The notes under the pieces are model-generated. The model saw only the letters and a program-made list of their open reading frames with translations. It made no database searches and was not told the DNA's origin. A stretch of DNA of 64,000 nt from an uncultured Methanosarcinaceae archaeon (GTDB taxonomy: Archaea > Halobacteriota > Methanosarcinia > Methanosarcinales > Methanosarcinaceae). This document shows, piece after piece, positions 32,036 to 40,574 of the stretch. Position 1 is the first letter of the stretch. Each line of letters starts with the position of its first letter. The translations under genes were made by a program, and so were the position numbers. The stretch is from assembly GCA_963721455.1 (NCBI GenBank), contig CAVRJG010000042.1:1-64000 (forward strand), in the 5' to 3' direction.

Positions 32036-35000
32036 TTACGGTAAATTTGAAAATGTCTTGTGATAAGGCTTATCACCCATATACTTTTTCCATTCCTCTG
32101 GTGTAAGATTCCGGGTTAAATGACTGCTGGCTCCGCTTATAAGATCTTCTATATTGCCATATATCCACAACCTTGCTTTATTGTCAGCACTCGCCGTTGC
32201 CATATATTTTCCATCAGGACTGAACACAACATCATTTACCAGACCATCATGTTTCAGAACAGTAATTTGTTTACCTGTAGATACATTCCATAAACGTGCT
32301 TTGTTGCCACCACTCGCCGTTGCGATATCTCTTCCATCAGGACTGAAAACAACAGCAAGTACCGGACCATCATGGTCCATAACAAAAATTTTTTCACCTG
32401 TAGGGGCATTCCATAAACTTGCTGTGCTGTCACGACTCGCCGTTGCGACATATTTTCCATCAGGACTGAACACAACTTTATACACCCAACCATAATGTTT
32501 CAAAATAGAAATTCGTTCACCTGTAGATGCATTCCATAAACTTGCTGTGCTGTCACGACTCGCCGTTGCGATGTATTTTCCATCAGGACTGAACACAACT
32601 TTGTTCACCCAACCATAATGTTTCATATCAAAAATTTGTTTACCTGTAGATGCATTCCATAAACTTGCTGTTTTGTCAGAACTCGCCGTTGCGATATATT
32701 TTCCATCCGAACTGAAATTAATATCATTTACTGAACCATTATGATTCAGAACAAAAATTTTTCCACCTGTAGATACGTTCCATAAACTTGCTGTGCTGTC
32801 ACGACTCGCCGTTGCGATATATTTTCCATCAGGACTGAAAACAACATTATTCACCCCACCAGCATGGTTCAAAACAAAAATTTGTTTACCTGTTGATGCA
32901 TTCCACAAGCGTGCTGTATTGTCCCAACTCGCCGTAGCAACATATTTTCCATCAGGACTGAACACAACATTACTCACCAAACCATCATGTTTGAGAGGAG
33001 CAAAAATTTGTTCACCTGTAGATGCATTCCATACGCGTGATGTACTGTCATTGCTCGCCGTTGCGATGTATTTTCCATCAGGACTGAACACAATTTTAAA
33101 CACCTTATCATCATGGTTCAGAACATCAGATTCTGTAGATGCATCCCATAAACGTGCTGTTTTGTCATTGCTCGCTGTAGCGACGTATTTTCCATCAGGA
33201 CTGAACACAACATTATTTACCACACTATCATGGTTCAGAACAAAAATTTGTCTACCTGTAGATGCGTCCCATAAACTTGCTGTGTTGTCAGAACTCGCTG
33301 TAGCGACGTATTTTCCATCAGGACTGAATACAACATTATTTACCGGACCGTCATGAATCCGAACAAAAATTTGTTCACCTGTAGCTGCATCCCATACGCT
33401 TGAGGTGTTGTCAGCACTCGCCGTTGCGATGTATTTTCCATCAGGACTGAACACAACTTTAAACACCCTATCATAATGTTTCATATCAAAAATTTGTTTA
33501 CCTGTAGCTGCATTCCATAAACTTGCTGTTTTGTCAGAACTCGCCGTTGCGATATATTTTCCATCCGAACTGAAATTAACATCATTTACCGAACCATTAT
33601 GATTCAGAACAAAAATTTGTTTACCTGTAGCTGCATCCCATACACGTGATGTATTGTTAGCACTCGCTGTAGCGATGTATTTTCCATCAGGACTGAATAC
33701 AACATTATTTACCGGACCATTATGTTTGAGATGATCAAAAATTTGTTTACCTGTAGCTGCATCCCATAAACGTGCTTTGTTGCCACTACTCGTCGTTGCG
33801 ATGTATTTTCCATCAGGACTGAATACAACATTATTTACCGGACCATCCAGGTCCAAAACAAAAATTTGTTTACCTGTAGCTGCATCCCATACGCTTGATG
33901 TATTGTCAGTACTCGCCGTTGCGATGTATTTTCCATCAGGACTGAATACAACATTATTTACCTGACCATCATGGTTCAAAACAAAAATTTGTTTACCTGT
34001 AGCTGCATCCCATAAACGTGATGTATTGTCAGCACTCGCCGCAGCAATGTATTTTCCATCAGGACTGAACACAACATTTAATACCGGACCATCGTGTTTC
34101 AGAACCACAACGCTATGAGGTATGAGTAATAATCCCTGACGTATTAACTGATCAGCATCCAATGTTCTATGAATTCTAAATGATTCGATAGCAAGAAGAA
34201 CACTTTTATCTAGATTCCTGGGATCTCCTTGGAGAAGGCTGGATTTTAAATTTAAATCATCCGAAGCACGGACTTGCTGTTTCTGCTGCTCAGCCTGATA
34301 CCATTGATAGGCTGCAAATCCAGCTAGAATTAAAACAATAATGGAAAAGGCTTTAAGTATTTTTATATTGCGGCTTTTTCTCCGTTCTTTCTCTGCCCAT
34401 TCTTTCTCTGCCCATTCTTTCTCTACCCGTTCTTTCTCTACCCGTTCTTTCTCTGCCCATTCTTTCTCTGCCCATTCTTTCTCTACCCGTTCTTTCTCTG
34501 CCCGCTCTTTCTCTGCCAGTTCATCATTAAAAACCTTGTTAGAAGATAGTATCGGTTCGATAAACCTGTCGTGTGTCAGTTCATACCAGCGCGCACCTGC
34601 CCGCCACTCTGCTCTAATAAGGCGCATGCTTTCAAGCACATCAATGGCTGTATTAGGAACACCGCCAGTTGACTCTTGAGCCCGGTACACCATCCCTCGC
34701 GTCCCCATCGCCGTTATCAACACTTCACCACACAATGTGCGCAGGCTCTTCTCATCAATGCGTGCCTTCTCTGCCGCTGCCCTTATAGCCTCTTCGTAAA
34801 ATCTGAAAAGTTCCTGTTCTACATTTCCATAGGTTTTCAGGTGCTGAAATGTGATTTGCCTTTCATCTGGCGGTAACTCCCGCCAGAGGTTCTGGCATAC
34901 TACCTGAAGTTGCACAGCCTCTATGAACTCTCCTGTTACCTCAGCGGTCTTGCCTGGTATTGTCTCAACTCGAATCTTCAGCAAATCATCGACAAGTTTT

Positions 35001-35707
35001 TCTGCCACTCCTTCTGCAAAAGAGCGACCAGTATCTCTCAACGGCCCTTTGATTGCCAGCAGTGCAGCCCCACTGCGCAGGCGCTCCATGTGAAAACGCG
35101 TCCGCAATCTTTCGGGCAGAAGATCTGTATACGGGTCTAGCTGAGCTATGAAATCCTCCCGCATGACAAAAACCACCCTTAAAAGGGGATCTGCTTCCAG
35201 AGCAGTGCTTACTTGCTCAAAGAATCCCTCTCTATCTTTCCAGCGGTCTTGATACAAAGAGAATATTTCCTCAAACTGATCGAAGATGACGACACGGGGT
35301 AAAGGCATGCCATCTTCATCCTGCATACGCTCCTGCCTATTCAAAAAATCAACAAGTTTCATTTTAGCCAGGCGCTCAACATCATATTCACCTTCAGTCC
35401 AGCTTGTGAGAGTATTAAAGACAAATATGTTCGCAATCTCGTCAGTTTTTATGTTTTTCAAAGGTGTGCCTTTAACTCGCGCCACCGGGAAAACTTCAAA
35501 CTGGTTTTCCTTCAGGAGAGGAATAAGCCCGGCATTGATAAGTGAAGTCTTACCCGCCCCCGACTGGGCATAGACGAGAACCAGATTATGTGCAATGACT
35601 ATGGACAGGAGATCTCGAGCTTCACGGCCCCTTCCGAAAAAAATGGCTTTATCTTTCTGTTCAAAAGGTTGAGGGCCCACGTAAGCCTGGAATTCAAGTG
35701 CCACCAT
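32036..35707 (-). CDS. nSTAND1-type NTPase + coiled coil + TM helix + 16 WD40 repeats
   Basis: FFGR, Walker A AQSGAGKTS, Walker B VVIFDQFEEIF, MREDF, YELTHD; TM ILKAFSIIVLILAGFAAY; repeats H.G.V..VVFSPDGKYIATAS.D..A.LW. Confidence 0.92.
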   Translation of the reverse strand: MVALEFQAYVGPQPFEQKDKAIFFGRGREARDLLSIVIAHNLVLVYAQSGAGKTSLINAGLIPLLKENQFEVFPVARVKGTPLKNIKTDEIANIFVFNTLTSWTEGEYDVERLAKMKLVDFLNRQERMQDEDGMPLPRVVIFDQFEEIFSLYQDRWKDREGFFEQVSTALEADPLLRVVFVMREDFIAQLDPYTDLLPERLRTRFHMERLRSGAALLAIKGPLRDTGRSFAEGVAEKLVDDLLKIRVETIPGKTAEVTGEFIEAVQLQVVCQNLWRELPPDERQITFQHLKTYGNVEQELFRFYEEAIRAAAEKARIDEKSLRTLCGEVLITAMGTRGMVYRAQESTGGVPNTAIDVLESMRLIRAEWRAGARWYELTHDRFIEPILSSNKVFNDELAEKERAEKERVEKEWAEKEWAEKERVEKERVEKEWAEKEWAEKERRKSRNIKILKAFSIIVLILAGFAAYQWYQAEQQKQQVRASDDLNLKSSLLQGDPRNLDKSVLLAIESFRIHRTLDADQLIRQGLLLIPHSVVVLKHDGPVLNVVFSPDGKYIAAASADNTSRLWDAATGKQIFVLNHDGQVNNVVFSPDGKYIATASTDNTSSVWDAATGKQIFVLDLDGPVNNVVFSPDGKYIATTSSGNKARLWDAATGKQIFDHLKHNGPVNNVVFSPDGKYIATASANNTSRVWDAATGKQIFVLNHNGSVNDVNFSSDGKYIATASSDKTASLWNAATGKQIFDMKHYDRVFKVVFSPDGKYIATASADNTSSVWDAATGEQIFVRIHDGPVNNVVFSPDGKYVATASSDNTASLWDASTGRQIFVLNHDSVVNNVVFSPDGKYVATASNDKTARLWDASTESDVLNHDDKVFKIVFSPDGKYIATASNDSTSRVWNASTGEQIFAPLKHDGLVSNVVFSPDGKYVATASWDNTARLWNASTGKQIFVLNHAGGVNNVVFSPDGKYIATASRDSTASLWNVSTGGKIFVLNHNGSVNDINFSSDGKYIATASSDKTASLWNASTGKQIFDMKHYGWVNKVVFSPDGKYIATASRDSTASLWNASTGERISILKHYGWVYKVVFSPDGKYVATASRDSTASLWNAPTGEKIFVMDHDGPVLAVVFSPDGRDIATASGGNKARLWNVSTGKQITVLKHDGLVNDVVFSPDGKYMATASADNKARLWIYGNIEDLISGASSHLTRNLTPEEWKKYMGDKPYHKTFSNLP
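34381..34518 (-). repeat. 15-bp coding tandem repeat (EKERA/EKERV/EKEWA x9)
   Basis: TTCTTTCTCTGCCCA / TTCTTTCTCTACCCG units in frame. Confidence 0.9.
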
Positions 35708-36596
35708 TGAAAACCTCCCATCGTGTTCTCAATTCTGCGGCAAATTCGCGGCAATCCTGCCAGTATACTTTGATATCAAGTTCTTCAAAAGAGCGATCCA
35801 GATATTTCTGAGCTTTTTCTTTTTGGGCCTCAGAAATATCCCCTGGCACGAGCTGCACGGATAGGTGCTTTCTCCTAGTACTTATTTCTAAGTATCCAGC
35901 AAGAATCCGGAAAAGAACATGGAAATCCCAATCAGCTATCCTGTAGCCTAGAAAAAGAAGAGATGAGTCTGTAAATGCCTCCTGAATACGCAGCGGAAGC
36001 ATGTTTTGTTCCATTGAAATGGCCGCAAGGAAGTCCAGATAGTCATACTCTGTTAGAACCAGCGACTCTGGTATTTCATAGCAGCCATGTAGGTGAAATA
36101 CTAAAGGTTTTTCTGGAGTGTAAACGCAGTCTGATGACGTTAGTTTGAATCGCTTGAGGTATTTATTCCACCTACATATTTCCTGGTTTGGTGTTTTGCC
36201 ATGGCTTTCAAGAGCTCGCATCATAAGGTCATCGTAATTTGTGGTAATATAAACTGGCAGTGGGAGATCGGCTAGCAATCCGTGAGGTTCATCAGGAATT
36301 TCAAAGTATTTTGTTGTGACTTCTTTTAACTGTTCTTTGATTTTTTTACACATCTCTTCCTTTGGAGTCATAGCGTCTTCGGTCACAGCCACAAACTGAG
36401 CCACCCGTATCAAGTCATATGAGTCTGCCATTGGGTAGTCGTACTTTTTTGCCCATTCACTTGCAATCTGGGAACCAACAGGAATCTTCCCGGCACTAAC
36501 TCCAGCTCCAAGAAATGGAGTACACTTCCCATCCTTGATTCTCTGAAGAAGGCGTTCCCAATCCTTCTCTTCCAGCCTATTTGGCATTACTAACAC
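35694..36596 (-). CDS. Stand-alone SIR2-like (SIR2_2) domain protein, putative NADase effector
   Basis: PFLGAGVS, YITTNYDDL, VFHLHG, LVLTEYDY, LLFLGY motifs; stop overlaps start of the NTPase gene. Confidence 0.88.
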   Translation of the reverse strand: MLVMPNRLEEKDWERLLQRIKDGKCTPFLGAGVSAGKIPVGSQIASEWAKKYDYPMADSYDLIRVAQFVAVTEDAMTPKEEMCKKIKEQLKEVTTKYFEIPDEPHGLLADLPLPVYITTNYDDLMMRALESHGKTPNQEICRWNKYLKRFKLTSSDCVYTPEKPLVFHLHGCYEIPESLVLTEYDYLDFLAAISMEQNMLPLRIQEAFTDSSLLFLGYRIADWDFHVLFRILAGYLEISTRRKHLSVQLVPGDISEAQKEKAQKYLDRSFEELDIKVYWQDCREFAAELRTRWEVFNGGT

Positions 36597-37317
36597 CCTC
36601 CACCAGGTTGAATCCCTTTCTCAATTTTTTTCGTGTTTATCCTCCTTACTCACCTGCTGTCTTGAATCCTGCCCTTCACCTGCCTTTGTAAACACTGTCT
36701 CAGCTATATCTTGAAGTTTGAGCGCAGCCTGTACTGAGAACAGGCCTACCAGGGCAGAAAGAGCTACAAAGCCAAACGGGCTTGTTTGCTGAATCGTTGC
36801 CTGAGGAAAGAGCCCACCGCGGATTGCAATATAAAAAATAAGCCCGAGCGTTGCCCCGGTAACTGGTAAAAGAGTGTACATGGCAAGCCAGCTCAATATT
36901 AGTTCACGATTACCTACATACCAATAGAAAGATCGAAGAGCATGAACTAAACTCCCAAGAGCACCAGCTAATGCAACAATGAGGAACATTCGTCCTTCAT
37001 ACGAAATCGTGACTGGCCAGAGGAAGAAAGTCACTGGCAAATTCACTGGCAAATTTGAAGAGTTCACCGGTGGGCACGCTGGCTCTTGAGGTGGCCAAAA
37101 TTGCACAAGACTGTAGACGATATTACAGAGAGCAGAAGAAGGTAAGTCATGGTCAAGACAATACCTGTAGGTCCTACAAATCTATCGCCTGGTCCCTCTG
37201 CTGGATTTGTTGGATATGCAATAAACTCTTTACTGTCTTTTTTATCTATATCCTTCTTTACGATTAATTCATCGGTTTTTTCGGCGATTTTAACATTCAT
37301 CTTGCCTTTATCAGCTT

Positions 37318-37490
37318 CTAGTGCATCGATTTCAAATTAGGGGGATAAAAATGGACTTTGAAATCAACACTTGTGAAAGAGTTTCCCATAGAAAACTGCA
37401 GATGGACACGGGTAAACACGAATTGAAACCATCTGTGTTCATCTGTGTTTATCCTGGGTTTATTGAGGATATATGGAATCGATGCACTAG
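37318..37490. mobile_element. MITE inserted at a CTAG site
   Basis: CTAGTGCATCGATT...AATCGATGCACTAG; no coding capacity. Confidence 0.85.
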
Positions 37491-37589
37491 TATGAGGAAA
37501 ACAGTGCTCTTTCCATCAGTTATTTTGATCGTTTTTGCATCAGTTTTTTCGATTTTTGCTGTTAGTGACAATTTTGGATCATAATTATG

Positions 37590-37765
37590 GTATCCTCTTC
37601 AAATTGTATGGGTAAAAGTAAATTTCACATATTTGCTGAAAAATTAATAATTTAACTATGTTTAAAAAACAGCATCTTGAGATGCATTCAACTTTAGAAC
37701 TGTATGACAGAATTATTGCATATTTTTCTGGTTGGAAAATTCTCCCTTGAATTTGAAGAGGATAC
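37590..37765. mobile_element. MITE with 16-bp TIR and 8-bp target-site duplication
   Basis: GTATCCTCTTCAAATT...AATTTGAAGAGGATAC flanked by TAATTATG at 37582-37589 and 37766-37773. Confidence 0.9.
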
Positions 37766-37911
37766 TAATTATGAATTATAAATTCTATAATTCGTTTTTT
37801 ATCTTTTTCTGTAACTTCTTCCCATTTGACTTCATCCCACCTGAACAAATGTTCTTTAAGCCCTACCATCACATTTTCTCCGTTCAATATTTAATGGAAT
37901 AATTAGAGGCT

Positions 37912-38143
37912 CTCTTAAAATTCAAACCATTTCCCCAATTGGATAATGAGCAACATTAACTTAAAATTTAGATCATAAATTCTCTGAAATTCAGGTTACA
38001 TTGACCTTAAGGCATCACTTTCCCCCATAGGACTTACGCACTCGAAGTATATAATGAAGTGCAGTAAACATTAAATGCTACCGTTTTTCGGTTCAAATGC
38101 ATGAGTACTATCCCAGTTGTAGGATCAAGTTTAATTTTAAGAC
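37912..38143. mobile_element. MITE-like element (TCTTAAAATT ends) with nested TAGGACTTACGCA-type MITE at ~38027-38111
   Basis: TCTTAAAATTCAAACCATTT...AATTTTAAGACA; homologous partial copy at 57744-57830. Confidence 0.6.
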
Positions 38144-38674
38144 ATATATTAATTATTTGTAATGTAATGGCTTAGGCAATGAATAATTTAGTTGAAGTTA
38201 AATCAGCCATCTCACTCATGAAAGTTACTTAATACATTCTTAAATACTGCTTATGTTATTTAGCCGCAGATTTGAAGTGTATTTTGGAAATAACTTCAAT
38301 CACATAATAGGGGACAACAGTCTTTTTTCAGTATTGTTTTATTTTTAGTGATATATCTCCTCCAATTTCCCGATTTACCTATCCAATTTTTATATTAATC
38401 TTTTTTTATCTATTTCCCTTTTTTTTCCCTGACATTTCTTTTTTCCTCAGGCAATTTTACGGGGCCCCATGTCTTAGATTTTTATCAAAGTATGGGATTT
38501 CCGGGCGCAGGCAGACCTATGGACGAAACAGACAAAGATAAGTTCAGGTTTATTTTTCAGAACATATATTTCAAAATCTTTTTATTATCTCAAATTATTA
38601 TTCTTACGAGTTATTATAAAAACAGAAGTAGTTTTTCTATCTATATAATTTAAAATTAAGGGGAGTATTGGTTC

Positions 38675-39742
38675 ATGAAAGGAAAATCAATTCAAAGTAT
38701 TTGCACAGTTTTGCTCCTTGTGTTTGGGGTAACAGTTACTCAGGCAGGTGCTGCGGTTTTTACTGTAGGCAATAATGGAGAAGGAAATTATAGTTCCATT
38801 CAGGAAGCTGTCAATAATGCCCAGAATGGGGATACAATCTTCGTAAGCCCGGGCGTATACAAGGAAAATGTAAACGTGAATAAAGAACTCGCAATTATCT
38901 CAAGCTCCGAGCTCTCGGGTGACATGACTAATCGTACCTATATCATAGGCGCGGTTCCGTCAAATGATGTCTTCAGCATCAGCTCAAGCAACGTAACAAT
39001 AAACGGTTTCCATATTGCAGGAGGCCCTTCAGGAATGGACACCCTCCGGCAGGTCGGGCTTTACCTTGAAGGAGTGCAGAACTGTTCTTTAAGTAATAAT
39101 ACCCTGGTACTGAATGATGTGGGCATTTCCCTCAATAATTCTCAGGGTAATCTCCTTGACAACAATCTGGTAGGTCTCGGGTCCAGCGGAATTCTTCTTT
39201 CAATGTCTAATGAAAATATGCTGTCAAACAACATGGTAGTGACAAACAATGAAGGAATCCTGCTGGAAAATTCTACTAATAACAGCCTTATGAACAACAC
39301 TGCGGATGCAAATGGAATGGGGATCTTCCTGGGCACATCTAAAATGAACATGCTTGCCTATAACTTAATTTCAAGAAACAATTATGGTGTAATCCTCGCT
39401 AATATGGCGGATTCCAATGTTCTGGTTAATAATAGCATGTACATGAATGGTCATGGGATATACCTTAACCAATCAACAGGTAACACAATTTTCCAGAATC
39501 AGTTCTTCAACTTCCTGAACGCCGTGGACGAAGGAACGAATACCTGGAACAGCAGTTCAGCAGGTAATCTCTGGAACGATTATAACGGAACCGATGCTGA
39601 CGGAAACGGTATAGGAGATACTCCTTATGTTGTCAACGAGACAACCGGAAGTATAGATTATCTGCCTCTTGCAAATAACCTTTCCTCAGGCGAGAACCAG
39701 GAAAATATGAGTGGCAACAACAGTACTGTAACTTCTCAATAA
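38675..39742 (+). CDS. NosD-like right-handed beta-helix cell-surface protein
   Basis: Signal peptide, YSSIQEAVNNA..GDTIFV.PGVY.ENV, Asn-rich repeats, GNLWNDYNGTDADGNGIGDTPY. Confidence 0.9.
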   Translation: MKGKSIQSICTVLLLVFGVTVTQAGAAVFTVGNNGEGNYSSIQEAVNNAQNGDTIFVSPGVYKENVNVNKELAIISSSELSGDMTNRTYIIGAVPSNDVFSISSSNVTINGFHIAGGPSGMDTLRQVGLYLEGVQNCSLSNNTLVLNDVGISLNNSQGNLLDNNLVGLGSSGILLSMSNENMLSNNMVVTNNEGILLENSTNNSLMNNTADANGMGIFLGTSKMNMLAYNLISRNNYGVILANMADSNVLVNNSMYMNGHGIYLNQSTGNTIFQNQFFNFLNAVDEGTNTWNSSSAGNLWNDYNGTDADGNGIGDTPYVVNETTGSIDYLPLANNLSSGENQENMSGNNSTVTSQ

Positions 39743-39873
39743 ACAAATCTGTTAGACTTTTATTGGCAAGATCTTTTTAAGATTTTTTTCTTTTTAAGAT
39801 CTTTTCTTTTTTTAAAGACAATCCCTTTCTAACATTTATATTTTCCAGCTTTTCTTTTATCTTTCCCGATTTT

Positions 39874-40545
39874 TCACTTACTTCCTGCCTTTTCCAGTTC
39901 TCCCCTTATATTTTCTACAGTCTTCCAGGACTGCCTGACAATATTGGGAAACTCTCCTGAGTGTTCTTTTCCCCATTTCAGCAGAAATTCTTTTGTTTTC
40001 GGGTCTGAGGGGTAGCCGCTTCCGAAATCTACGCCCCATTCTTTCTTGAGTTCTTCGATCCGTTCATCCCTGCGCACCTTTGCAATAATAGAAGCTGCCG
40101 AGACCGTGGGATAAATTGCATCGGCCTGATGCATGGAAATTATCTCTATTTTCTTTGCGTGATCAGGACTTGTTTTCGCATACTGCCTGCGGAGATTGTC
40201 TGCAAAACGCTCAGCTTTGACATCAGCAGCATCAACATATACCAGATCAGGCTTTAGCTGTTCAAACACTTTTGCAAAACAGACCACCATGATCTCGTTC
40301 ATTGTCATGATCTTTCGGAGTTCGTCAATCTGAGAAGGGCCGACCTCAAGGACAAAAAAGCCGTCCGCGTGTTTTTTTATCTGGGCTGCAAGCTGCTCCC
40401 TTTTTTTCGGCGTCAGTTTCTTTGAGTCCGCAACCCCTAGCACCCTGAGGATATGGGCTTTCGACTCCTCGATTTTTACGCCTCCTATGCACATTGGCCC
40501 GATTACAGGTCCTTTTCCGGCTTCATCTATTCCTGCGATCATCAT
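39874..40545 (-). CDS. rnhB: Ribonuclease HII (archaeal type)
   Basis: IAGIDEAGKGPVIGPM, DSKKL, VSAASIIAKV, GSGYPSDP; real start MMIAG at 40545. Confidence 0.95.
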   Translation of the reverse strand: MMIAGIDEAGKGPVIGPMCIGGVKIEESKAHILRVLGVADSKKLTPKKREQLAAQIKKHADGFFVLEVGPSQIDELRKIMTMNEIMVVCFAKVFEQLKPDLVYVDAADVKAERFADNLRRQYAKTSPDHAKKIEIISMHQADAIYPTVSAASIIAKVRRDERIEELKKEWGVDFGSGYPSDPKTKEFLLKWGKEHSGEFPNIVRQSWKTVENIRGELEKAGSK

Positions 40546-40574
40546 TCTCTGTCTGCCTCCTGATTTGACGAAAG

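Larger units (their letters stand above)
36621..37869 (-). pseudogene. Multi-pass membrane protein with soluble N-terminal domain, interrupted by two MITEs and a frameshift
   Basis: Removing both MITEs plus one target-site copy each gives MVGLKEHLFRWDEV...IIHN|YDPKL...VFLIL|EADKGKMNVK..., then TM region GALGSLVHALRSFYWYVGNR...IRGGLF. Confidence 0.8.

Noticed and set aside
32150-34100. Regular ~123-bp repeats as a CRISPR array
   Set aside because: They are in-frame WD40 repeats with homologous spacers, and no cas genes are present.
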